Source of the DNA: Macrostomum lignano
Taxonomy: Eukaryota
Assembly (NCBI GenBank): GCA_002269645.1
Contig: NIVC01000462.1
Coordinates: 277,516 to 341,515 of the forward strand
Length of the DNA: 64,000 bases
Direction of reading: 5' to 3'
The translations under genes and the position numbers were made by a program. How positions within the stretch are numbered: the stretch's first letter is position 1; the number at the start of each line of letters is the position of its first letter. Shown one piece after another: positions 47,763 to 58,841 of this stretch. Under the pieces are notes generated by a model. It was not told the origin of the DNA. It did no database searches and saw nothing but the letters and a program-made list of their open reading frames with translations.

Positions 47763-48475
47763 CTAGGTTTTGATGAACACAGCCCATCCGGGTCCGGTCA
47801 GGCTGGCTGGCGGGAAGGCGAACGGCAGCAGGCGGCAGGCGAGCAGCTGCTTGGAGAAGACGGCGCCGCTGCAGTTGGCTCTGGCGCTGCACTGGAGCAG
47901 GCAGTCCGCGTCGGACTGGGCAGCGGCCGGCCAGGACGAGTCGACGGTAGAGGTCACCGTGATGTCCGAATTCTTCAGCACAGTGTATGCATTGTTGCCT
48001 GAAAGTTGTGTAATTTTATTAAGATTTTCTCTCAGTTGAAATTCTAAGAGGCAGCGTCGAGCTAACTCACTCGGAAGGTCATAGCAAACACGGAGTTGAT
48101 TGAGAAGCCGCCACAAATCTGCTCTGGGTTTCCCGTGCACTGCCTGTTGCACATGCTATCACTGAGCTGTCCGTGGAGTCCGTAGGAGCTGCCGCAGAAG
48201 CACTGCTTGCCGACCTGCACGCCGAAGTATGGAAAGCGGCCCAGAGAGCAGACGTTGCTGCAGAACTCGTGCGACATGTTGTTGAGGCTGTGCACTAGGT
48301 CGCCAACACCAATACTGTACGGCCCCAGATTTTTTAACCCTTTCAGACCTGTCAGGTCTCTGTTCGAGTTATCACCGTCTCGATAACAACCAACGTAGGA
48401 GAAATGAGCCACCCTGCCGGCTGCACAGGTCAGGAGGCCGCACAGCAACGCCGACTCTAACAGTGAGATTCTCAT
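47763..48475 (-). CDS. WSC-PAN copy K with a 1-nt deletion at the exon-1 end (WSC-only product, pseudogene, or cryptic-donor rescue)
   Basis: Exon 1 (48071-48475) is 405 nt, phase 0 (atgaccttccga|gtgagt vs H ctgacctacccga|gtgagt). Exon 2 (47763-47998) needs phase 1, so canonical splicing gives ...TFRATMHTLC*. Confidence 0.65.
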
Positions 48476-49123
48476 TCTTATTCAAGAATAGTTACGGGTT
48501 AAAGCTATCGAATCTCAACAAACGGAGCTTGGAAGCAATTCTCTCACGAGCGTCATCCTTTTATCCTTTTCTGAGTACAGGCATTCAGATTTTATCCAAT
48601 CAGACGGTTCTGTAAGCTTTGAATTAGCCATGCTCGATTATTCACAGATACTAGCGACGGATCATAGGATGATTCAAACAGTTGCGAGCGTATCTAAAAC
48701 TCCGACAGTGGCGTACTGCAACTTCATTCCCGTAAACAACAATGAATAAAAACAAGCAGTCTCGTACAAGAACAAAACTGACCAAATTTATCAACCCTAT
48801 GAAGAGCAGCTACCATTCTGCAACTTTCTCATACACTCAGAAACACTGAAAAGTCGCCACTCTATGCGCCAGTGAGCAATTTCTCTTGGACTATTCTGAA
48901 ATAAAAGATACGAGAAAACTGATCGATCGGGGTAGCTTTAATCCGTCCAACCCTCGCACACCGCCCCCCCCACTTCATTCCTCGACTCAAGTCTGCCGCG
49001 TGGCCTGGCTGAATTGCGTCACTCGCAAAGGATTGAGAGACTTTACCTGCGCTCTCAAAAGTAGCGACCACAGACTGGATCTTCTGTGATGACGACTTTT
49101 CGATGTTGCTGAGTATAAAGTTC

Positions 49124-49220
49124 GTGTCCTTGAGCAAGACACTTATTTACTCTGCATTGCTTCGGTTCACCTAGCGGTAAAATGGGTGCCAGCAATAGCT
49201 GGGGTAATTGAGGGTGTGTT
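49124..49220 (+). mobile_element. tRNA-SINE core, partial copy 2
   Basis: gtgtccttgagcaagacactt...ctctgcattgcttcggttcacc...gtaaaatgggtgccagcaatagctggggtaatt. Confidence 0.7.
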
Positions 49221-50874
49221 AATCGTCAGGCATGTACAATCTCTGTCCCTCATTGGTTGTCAATTGCACAACAACCCTCGGGCAAGTTTCGTGCACAAAC
49301 TCCCCCGAAAATGGGTCCTTTCACGAAATCGTGAAAGCGAGCGAACGAAAGTTATAAAATTTTCCCGCAGCACAGGCAATATTTTTGGCGAGCTACAAAA
49401 GTTTAAACTTTTCAGTACACGAATAAAACTGTAGGGACGTTGACCCTAAACTTTGCAGGCTCTAAGCAGAGCTACGGGAGATTCTCGCAGCACAGGAGAA
49501 GATGGAATCTGTCGAGAGCCGACCCAGTGGCGGTTTGACAGCTTCAAGCAGGCTGCAGCAGTACAGATTGCTCCGTCACCTGATACTCCGTCGATCCCTC
49601 CACATCCCTGTTGTGTCTTTAAAGGCAACGATGTGGAGACAGAGCAACCATGCCCGCCCGCATGGCCCAATCCACTGACTACAACAGCTCAGTCTCGCTC
49701 TTTCTTCGGAAGGTGGCCGCCTCCCCCAGTTACTGGCTCCCTAGCCTGTAAGTTTGCGTTATTGAAAAAATTTATTCTATATACAACATTGTTTTTAAAC
49801 CTAGGAAACAAGCCTCAAAACGAAGGTTTTCCTATTTTCTGAGCAGCTTTCTTTTTTTTCTTATCAGGTATTTCCCAAAACAATAGAAATCCTTGGAAGG
49901 ACCAAACCAAAATGAAAACTAAAAAAAATCAATTCGTCAAATTTTTTTCTTCCATCTTTTATTGTCGAGATACTGCGGAAAGCGCGACCGCCCGAAAAAG
50001 AAGAGATCGAGCTTTTGCGACGATCACGGAGGAACCATGCAGCGTCGCTAGCAGCTTCCTGCTGGAAGGTGGATTTCAGCCCTTCGAGTGTCTCAAAAGC
50101 AGCGCATGAGCTGATTAAAGTAGTCAGGTTTGCGTCGTTACCTAAATTGTGCGCTAATGTGCATAAATACGCATTTTGTCAAAATCCCTAATTTCTAGAT
50201 CCATCCTGTCTAGATCCATTGCGTGTACTGGGTGCATTCCTTTTTGCACTGGTATTTGGATTCGAACTTGGGATCATGCTGCTTATAATAGGAACCTAGT
50301 GGCACAAATGAGAAAACTTCTATTGTAAATTAATTTTTAGGAAGGTGCAGGACTGCAGGTGGCTTTGCACTGATGGTTGAAAGTTGTTGGGACTCTGGTT
50401 TTGGGCAGCAAATTGAATGAGGTTTAAAGAATACGTATGGAAAGTGGATAATTAGAGTACTAATACAAGTAGTGAGTAAAAGTAGTATATTAGGAAGGTT
50501 TTCGAACTGAGATGATTTCGTTTTTTTCTTATAGAATAATCAATATGCTTCGTAGAATTAATGGGATTACGGGGGGAAGTGAAAAACTCGAATAGCACAC
50601 TCAGGAAAACTATTCAAATAAATCTTAATCCCAGGAAGATGCATGGTTTAATGCCATTTGTTAATTGCCAAAAAGCTGATTGACAATCGAGTTAAAACAT
50701 TTTTTATTTAACTCACACTATCTCAAAGTTACAAAGCGAATTCCAGCACATCAAAAATCTTATTAGATCAAAAACCGATTTTTTCTGAGATAAATATTTT
50801 TCAGTTTTGTTCAGAGTTGAATCGTTGTCATGCTGTTTGGCTTCGAAGCCGCTTGTCCTTTTCTCTGAAAGCAT

Positions 50875-51593
50875 CTAAGTTTTGATGAACACAGCCCACT
50901 CCGGTCCGGTCAGGCTGGCTGGCGGGAAGGCGAACGGCAGCAGGCGGCAGGCGAGCAGCTGCTTCGAGAAGACGGCGGCGCTGCAGTTGGCTTTGGCGCT
51001 GCACTGGAGCAGGCAGTCCGCGTCAGACTGGGCAGCGGCCGGCCAGGACGAGTCCACGGCAGAGGTCACCGTGATGTCCTTCAGCACAGTGTAGGCATTG
51101 CTTTCTGGAAGTTGTGGTTCCAACAAAAACCTACTCAATTAGATAAATTCGCAACTCCAAGAGAACGGAGCAAGGCTAACTTACTTGGGTAGTGCAGAGC
51201 GAACACGGAGTTGATGGTGAAGCCACCGCAAATCTGCTCTGGGTTTCCCTTGCACTGGCTGTTACATTTGCTATCGCTGAGCTGTCCGTGGAGTCCGTAG
51301 GAGCTGCCGCAGAAGCACTGCTTGCCGACCTGCACGCCGAAGTAGGGGAAGCCGAACAGAGAGCAGAAGTTGCTGCAGACCCCGAGCGTCATGTCAGGGC
51401 TGTACATTAATGCACCGTCGGTGATGTACGATCCCAGATTGTTAAGTCCATTCAGTGTTTTCAGGCCTGTCAAGTCTCTGTTTGGGTTAGCGGCGTCTTG
51501 GTAGCAACCGACATAAGAGAAATGAGCCACCCTGCCAGCCGCACAGGTCAAGAGGGCGCACAGCAACGCCGACTGCAGCTGGGAAATGCTCAT
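50875..51593 (-). CDS. Secreted WSC + PAN/apple-like protein, copy L (212 aa; exons 51185-51593 and 50875-51104)
   Basis: MSISQLQSALLCALLTCAAG signal-like start and an 8-Cys WSC domain. Phase-1 intron gtaagt...ttccag (80 nt). Exon 2 reads SNAYTVLK...WAVFIKT*. Confidence 0.85.
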
Positions 51594-52004
51594 TGAGAAG
51601 AACTACAAGGCAACAGTTTAAGTCTTTGGAGTCTTAATGATATGAATTCGCTAACCTTTTCTTACTCGAATCAGTCTTTTTATCCTGTTGCCAGTGCTGG
51701 CAGTACCTACATGTAGATTTCTATCCAATCAGGTGGTTTCCATTATTGTCTACGACATTTTGGAAAATGCTAGAAAGCCTATTGGGATTGGCTACGCACT
51801 ACTGAATGCTGATTACCTATGATCGCAGATAAAGTGATAAGTTAGAAATAGGTCTAAATTTGCTGCAGTTCAGATGCCGACCAGATTTCGAGTACAATAA
51901 ATAATAATTAAATAACTGATTACTACTGACTTAATGGGCAGATAAACAAACGACATCTGAAGGCTCCGTGCGGCTATTCAGTTCAAGGACTGGTGGGTCG
52001 ACAC

Positions 52005-52172
52005 ACACACCCTGAATTACCCCAGCTAATGCTGGCACCCATTTTACAGCTGTGTGAACTGAAGCAATGCAGAGTTAAGTGTCTTGCTCAAGGACACAAA
52101 TTGTTCTAATTGGGTCGAGAATCGAACCTCGAACCTTCCAGTCGTGAGTCCGACGCTCTAACCACTAGGCTC
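52005..52172 (-). mobile_element. tRNA-derived SINE, copy 3
   Basis: Reverse complement has head cctagtggttagagcgtcggactcacgac..ggttcgattctcgaccc (boxes A and B) and the shared core. Confidence 0.8.
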
Positions 52173-52490
52173 TAGGTTGTAAGAATTCTCAGTATTTGCT
52201 AAGGTAGATGCCGACTTTTCAAGCCGTTTGATGTCCTCTAGTTCTTGCACACCTATACCTGTGAAATTGGCTGAGTGCGAAGGCTCACTTCCCAAATTAG
52301 CTTCTGCGAAAGCCATTGCAAGTCTGTTCGATGAAGAAGAGGTTCATTGTGAGCCAGTTTATACTGGTAGGACTAGATCAAATAGGAAAAAGAGAAGAAA
52401 GCAATAAATTTGCAGCAGTGCGAATTTACCTCAAACCAATGTAGTCGAACTGATTTGCAACTTATGACAAAAACGAAAATTTCATTTTTT

Positions 52491-53360
52491 CCTTGCGAGT
52501 CCTGTGAGCGGCTATTTGATAATTTTTTTGGTTGACAATTTTCTAGAGAATTCTTGAGACGCTTCTTGATAATCTCTTAGCAATAAGACTGATTCATCTT
52601 ATTACAGGGTTCTTTGCTTGGTTAGGTTTCTTAAATGCTATTATATCCTATATGTATTTTATTGTATATTTTATTTTATTATACTATAATATATATTAGA
52701 ATATGCTATTATTTAGTCCATAAATCTAATGGACTAGTCACAACTTATCACAACTACGGATGTTTCTCAGTGGATTCGAATAGTACTGTACTATTGTGCC
52801 TCACTTATTATCCAGGAGCTTATCAATGGTAATAATGTATTCTGCATACTCTGTGCTTTGTCAGCTTGCTATCCATTGCAACAGAGTACAGAGTACAACC
52901 ATTGCTATGCAAACCAATAAACCAAGGTAACAACGGTACAACGGTAACTTCTAGTGGTCCTTGCAATAAATAATCAAGTAAAAATTTCACTCATTTGTAT
53001 TAAAAATAGATTGCTTACACTTACACTTCGAACAAAACACGACTCCAAACACGACTCACTCTTATAAATGTCATAGATGCTTTGACACAAGTTTATCATG
53101 ACAATGAGAATAAATATAAATTATTAGTACAGGTACTTGTACGGCCAACGATCCTCTTTACGAACTTGGCTCCCACAGTATGCCTAAACTGTTTATAGTA
53201 AAAAATTATAAAGCTACTCATGTTTGGCGCAACTTTATGTGCCTATGGTAACGCATTTAAGTGCCTAACAGCAAAAATTGTGGAAGAGAATCCTACTAGG
53301 AAGTTCCTTTGTTCTTGAATTTGAGTTCACAAAGTTTGGGCCGAGTAGTTAAATAGAAAT
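52491..53360 (+). pseudogene. Relic of a third GIMAP repeat unit (last codons plus 3' flank)
   Basis: ccttgcgagtcctgtg..gctatttgataa..tttggttgacaatttt matches the GIMAP C-terminal LASPV..LFD..FG* and the downstream flank. Further blocks (ctattgtgcctcac, gagaataaatataaattatt, ctaggaagttcct) match 57260-57750. Confidence 0.7.
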
Positions 53361-53396
53361 GAGTAGTTATGGGTAGTTTTAACACATAAACAACCT

Positions 53397-53745
53397 TGAC
53401 TTACTTGACTTAGCTGCAGTGGGCTCCGTGAGTCCGGAAACAGCGAGGAGGCGTTGCCGCCCATTTCGCTAAACCCTGGTGACCACGGGCAGCTGGTACT
53501 GCGCGGTGTCGCGCAGGGAGTTCCGGTGGTGCCGGTGTCCGCAGCGCGGTCCCCCTCCGGAGAGTCCAGGAGGTGGTTTGTCGTCCGCCCGGTAGCTCTT
53601 AGGTAGCGGACGAGCTGGCAGAGATTCTCGAGACTGAAAACGTCGGAGAGGTCCGGGTATGGGCCGAGGTAGGTGAGCCTGTCCTGAGTAAAGGTGGGGC
53701 ATTCACAGAAAAAGTGCTCCGCATTCTCGACGCCGGAGAGGCAGA
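53397..53745 (-). mobile_element. 5'-truncated copy of the LOA-like LINE (3' end only)
   Basis: Highly similar to 33654-34005 ([20 protein letters not shown]), with the same tail; flanking TSD acataaaca(a/g)cct at 53384-53396 and 53746-53758. Confidence 0.88.
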
Positions 53746-54967
53746 ACATAAACAGCCTGTGCATGTGTTAAAAACAGTAATTTAGAGTAGTCTAAATCAA
53801 CCTGAGTAGAATTCATACTGGTGTAAAATATTGCATTCGTATGCCTGTGATTTGCGCAGTCAAAGGCTGCTAATCTTCTGGTAGGATTTTGAACTAATAC
53901 TGAATAACTAGAAAATAAAATACAAATAACAGAAAAGACACAAATGTAGATTAATCAGAATTTCACCACAGCCGCCTCACGTGAGCTTGTAGTCAGAGAC
54001 AATGGCCCCCGCAGCTCTGGGCTGAAGCTGCTTTTCTGAAAGTAGTTCCCAAGGCAGGCAAGCAGAACACAAGTAGGCGATGGAAGGAATTGAGAGCAGA
54101 GGCGCAGAAACTGTGGTCGACTCCATCGTGAGCTTTCAAATTCTGCGAGCAGTCTCGGGTGACTGCTATTCTGTTTCTGACACACTGAAAACTTTTCCTG
54201 ATTCTGACACTGAGGAATCGATGGGATTATTCAGCAACTACGAAGTATTGTAAGGCTTTTTTGATGAAGGAGAGTTTCTTTGTTTAAAACAAGTGCGCGA
54301 GTTTGTAGGGCTGGATTGGATAGGCAAGGAAGGAAAAAATTATGAATCTGCAGCAATGCCATTGTAAACTCACGTATTCCGTTATAACCTCAGGCGCACG
54401 AAAACTTTCGATGACAAAATTTCAGCACTTTTGTAGACAGAGCCAGAGATACCACTGAGGCTTGACGAAGCCTCTTGGCGCTTCTTAGATGGATACTCCA
54501 GTTACATAACTGAGCAGACTTACTACAATTTCATCCCCTGGCGTCGATGGGGTGAGATATCGTGAGCTAACGACGACAAGGTTTACATAGGTAACACAGC
54601 TCAAGCAATAAGATTAGCGTTTAACACTCGGGTTGCTACGGGGGCGAGGGTTAGGCGGTTAGACTCATCAGTTTTACTCTGTTTGAGTTAGAGTGTTTGG
54701 GGGAAGCCAGTTCTGAGTTCTTTTCCTGTCTTTTCGTGCGGGCCGGTCCGCGCGTCCACCCCTCGGTTGCTATGCCCCTCAGGGTTGGCCGCCGGTCTTG
54801 GGTGCGCCCGCTGCTCCTCCCCAGGAGCGGCCTCCTTGTCGGGCTCATTTAATATTCAATAGCAAATAACAATACAATATTTGACACAATATAGTATAAA
54901 GAACATTTCGCTTCCAATTATTTTCCAACAGCAAGTCATGGCGGCTGCAGGAAGCGCTCACCGTCAC

Positions 54968-55303
54968 GAATCTGCGTCTCCAGGACTGAACCTGCGTCTC
55001 CAGGACTGAACCTGCGTCTCCAGGACTGAACCTGCGTCTCCAGGACTGAACCTGCGTCTCCAGGACTGAACCTGCGTCTCCAGGACTGAACCTGCGTCTC
55101 CAGGACTGAACCTGCGTCTCCAGGACTGAACCTGCGTCTCCAGGACTGAACCTGCGTCTCCAGGACTGAACCTGCGTCTCCAGGACTGAACCTGCGTCTC
55201 CAGGACTGAACCTGCGTCTCCAGGACTGAACCTGCGTCTCCAGGACTGAACCTGCGTCTCCAGGACTGAACCTGCGTCTCTAGGACTGAATCTGCGGCTC
55301 CAG
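54968..55303. repeat. 20-bp minisatellite (CCAGGACTGAACCTGCGTCT)n, about 16 units, about 650 bp upstream of GIMAP copy 1
   Basis: Direct tandem repeats. Confidence 0.97.
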
Positions 55304-55957
55304 TTTCGTTTTGTGTTAAGCCGAGCAAACAAGGAGTGGGATAAAGGGGCATGGTAATTCTTCACTATCATGGTACGTCAAGTGCATAACCCCAGTACTT
55401 CAACATAGGTAGCCTATCTACAATCAGGAACAACTTTAAAAAGATGCACTTTTTACAAGGCCAGTAGGCGTGTTTTGTCTTTCTTTCAATCTCAGCTGTC
55501 ACGAAAATATTACAATTTGATTATTGTCGGTTTCAAGGATTTTCCTGGTTATTTCATCATGGAAAATTATTTTGTGTACATTCAGCTGGAATGACTGCAG
55601 CAGACCAGACAGCTAAAGCAAACAGAGAAACTACTGGAGCACTTGGGTGTGCTATAAATAGTTTAGGCGTACATTCTGGACCAAATTTGAAGAGTACATG
55701 CATGCTCATCAATGCACAGCTTCAATGCGAAATACGAAAAGTGAAAATCGAAAAGCGGTACGAGGACCACATTAAAGAATGTTGTGCAGGTACTACCTGC
55801 TCTTGACAATGGCAAATAGAGTTTATTGATGAGCTTTACCTAAAACTCGAGGAACTACTCTGTTCAAAAAACTATTTATACAGCGGGTGTTCAAAGCTCC
55901 AAGAACTGAAAAACTACTAAGCCATCTCTAACCTACAGAGAAGACTGCACTACAGCA

Positions 55958-56947
55958 ATGTCAGCCGATCAGTCGCAAGACTCCAGCCAGATCACTACGG
56001 TGGTGCTGATGAGCAAGACAGGCAGCGGAAAGAGCTCTCTGGCCAACACCCTAATGAACGAGAAAAGCTTCATAGTCGGAAACGGCATGAGGTGGCAGAC
56101 GAAGCAGTGCGAGGCACAGATGCGAACGGTCCGCGGTCGCAGCCTGCTGGTGGTGGACACTCCCGGAACCATGGACTCCAAGGACGTTAACATGCCGCAG
56201 GGTGAGCTGCTGCGCACGCTGAACAAGTGTCCGTGCGGCGTTGACGCCTTTCTCGTGGTCGCCAGAGCGGACGTCCGCTTCACAAACGAAGAGTGCCTGG
56301 CTATCCGCCAGACTGTGGAAGTGTTCGGTCCGGAGTCGTGCAAGCGCGTCATCGTGGTGTTCAGCAGAGGTGACCATTTTGACAACGACATCAACGAATT
56401 TAAAAATAAAGAGCTGAAAGTCGCGCGAGAAGAAATTCCTGAGCTCGACAAGATGATGAAGGACTTCGGAGACCGCTACGTGCTGATGGACAACGGCAAG
56501 AGGTGCGACCCGGGTATGCAGGAACGGCAGGTGGCAACGCTGATGGGCCTTATCGATGAGGTATCGAAGCTGAACCCGAGCAAGTACAAGTACCTGGATA
56601 AGCAGACTGAGGAGCGGAAACGCCGAGAGGAGACTGAGGCGCAGAAGCAGAATGACGTAGAAGATGGAAAAGATGGAAGCCGAGATCAAGCTTTTAAAGC
56701 AGCAGCAGCATCAGCGACAGCAGCAGCAGCATCAGCGGCAGCAGCAGCAGCATCAGCAGCAGCAGCAGCAGCATCAGCAGCATCAGCAGCAGCATCAGCA
56801 GCAGCATCAGCAGCATCAGCGGCAGCAGCAATCAATATATGCGCAGCGCCAACAGCCACAGCTCAGTTTAGGCTTTGTGGGCATTGTGAGCAGTCTTGGA
56901 CAGGGGGCTGGAGCAATCTTTGCAAGTCCTGTGGTCGACGCTGCTAA
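55958..56947 (+). CDS. GIMAP/AIG1-family GTPase, copy 1 (C-terminus frameshifted into a polyAla frame)
   Basis: SKTGSGKSS P-loop, QTKQC, VVDTPG, GVDAFLVV..RFTNEE, VVFSRGD and ERQVATLMGLI, all AIG1-type motifs. Upstream TATAAA (55653-55658) and a putative 5'UTR intron (55790-55938). The ancestral C-terminus lies in ORF 56664-56972. Confidence 0.85.
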   Translation: MSADQSQDSSQITTVVLMSKTGSGKSSLANTLMNEKSFIVGNGMRWQTKQCEAQMRTVRGRSLLVVDTPGTMDSKDVNMPQGELLRTLNKCPCGVDAFLVVARADVRFTNEECLAIRQTVEVFGPESCKRVIVVFSRGDHFDNDINEFKNKELKVAREEIPELDKMMKDFGDRYVLMDNGKRCDPGMQERQVATLMGLIDEVSKLNPSKYKYLDKQTEERKRREETEAQKQNDVEDGKDGSRDQAFKAAAASATAAAASAAAAAASAAAAAASAASAAASAAASAASAAAAINICAAPTATAQFRLCGHCEQSWTGGWSNLCKSCGRRC

Positions 56948-57868
56948 GCTATTTGATAAAGTTTTTGGCTGACAGTTTTATTAAGAACTCCTTACACTCT
57001 CCTATCTATAGACAACCGCTGTCCTATGAGATTGAGTTAATTTCTGAGTTCTTTGCTTCGGTAGTTTTGTTGAATACTCCATGGTTATTCAGTTTTGAAA
57101 CCTTGTAAATTAGTGACACAACAAATTTTGCGAAATGGACTTTTTGAGGTCTATGGCCCAGAGACACGCTCTCTGGCTTCTACCCTTTCTGGCCACTGCG
57201 TGGCTGGCGGGAGAAGTATTTTGTTGTTGTTGCTGAAATTGACTCAAATTATGCTGTACTATTGTGCCTCACTGCCTATCCAGAAGCTTATCAATAGTGA
57301 TTCTTTGCTTGATCAGCTCGCTATCCATTACAGCAGGCTCAAGAATTTATGCCTCATTCTGCTGTGCAAACCAATTAATATCGGTGAAATAGAAAGTTTG
57401 CGCTCAGTGTTGAAAAATTAGTAGTCCTGAGTTAAGCTTTAATCCAGACAAGACTAACCTTATTTAAAATCCTAGATGCTATTGGTGTAAAAACAGTGAG
57501 AATAAATATAAATTATTTAATACAGGTGTTTGTACCAACAAGCCACACTTCGAGCTTGGCTCCTTCCGTATGCATCAACTTTTAATAGCCAAGAATAAAT
57601 ATAAAGATTTCCGTGTTCTACGCGATATTATGTGCCTGTGGTAACTTAGTCAAGGGCCTAGCAGCAAAAATCATTGAAGATATTTCTGCTAGGAAGTTCC
57701 TATGTTCTTCAATCTGATTTCACAAAATTGGGGGCAAGTAGTTAAATAGAATTACGTCGGACTCTCGCGTCAAAGTCACGAGTTCGATTCCGTTCAGGCC
57801 GCATCAATGACAAGGTCATTGTTGTTCAATAGAAAATTTATTTTTGGACTGAACTGTCTACAAAGCGA

Positions 57869-58194
57869 CTCCAGAACTGAAACTGCGTCTCCAGGACTGA
57901 ACCTGCGTCTCCAGAACTGAAACTGCGTCTCCAGGACTGAACCTGCGTCTCCAGGACTGAACCTGCGTCTCCAGGACTGAACCTGCGTCTCCAGGACTGA
58001 ACCTGCGTCTCCAGGACTGAACCTGCGTCTCCAGGACTGAACCTGCGTCTCCAGGACTGAACCTGCGTCTCCAGGACTGAACCTGCGTCTCCAGGACTGA
58101 ACCTGCGTCTCCAGGACTGAACCTGCGTCTCCAGGACTGAACCTGCGTCTCCAGGACTGAACCTGCGTCTCCAGGACTGAACCTACATCTCCAG
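57869..58194. repeat. Second copy of the 20-bp minisatellite, about 650 bp upstream of GIMAP copy 2
   Basis: Same unit as 54968-55303, in the same position within the duplicated unit. Confidence 0.97.
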
Positions 58195-58841
58195 TTTCGT
58201 TTTGTGTTAAGCCGACCAAACAAGGAGTGTGGGATATGGGGGCATGGTAATTCTTCACTATCAAGTACAATAACCCCAGTACTTCAACATAGGTAGCCTA
58301 TCCAGAATCAGGAACAACTTAAAAATATTCACTTTTAGGCGTGTTTGTCTTTATTCCAATCTCAGCTGTCACGAAGATATTTCAATTTGATTATTGTCGG
58401 TTTCAAAGATTTCTTGGTTATTCCATCATGGAAAATAATTTTGCGTACTTTCAGCTGGAATGACTGCCGCAGACTAGACAGATAAAGCAAAACAGAGAAA
58501 CTATTAGAGAAACTGCTGGGCCACTTTGGGTGTGCTATAAATAGTTTAGGCGCATATTCTGGACCAAATTTGAAGAGTACATGCAGGCTCATCAATGCAC
58601 AGCTTCAATGCGAAATGCGAAATGCGAAAATCGAAAAGCGGTACGAAGAGGACCACAGAGAGGCAGTACAGGTACTACCTGCTCTAGACAATAGCAAATA
58701 AAACTTAATGATGAGCTTTACCTAAAGTTCTAGGCACTACTCTGTTCACAAAACTCTATATATACAGCGGGTGTTCAAAGCTCCAAGAACTGAAAAACTA
58801 CTAAGCCATCTCGAACCTACAGAGAAGACTGCACTACAGCA

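Noticed and set aside
54936-58270. Minus-strand ORFs with RRRFSPGDAGSVLETQVQSW repeats
   Set aside because: Products of the 20-bp minisatellite; no domain or splice support.
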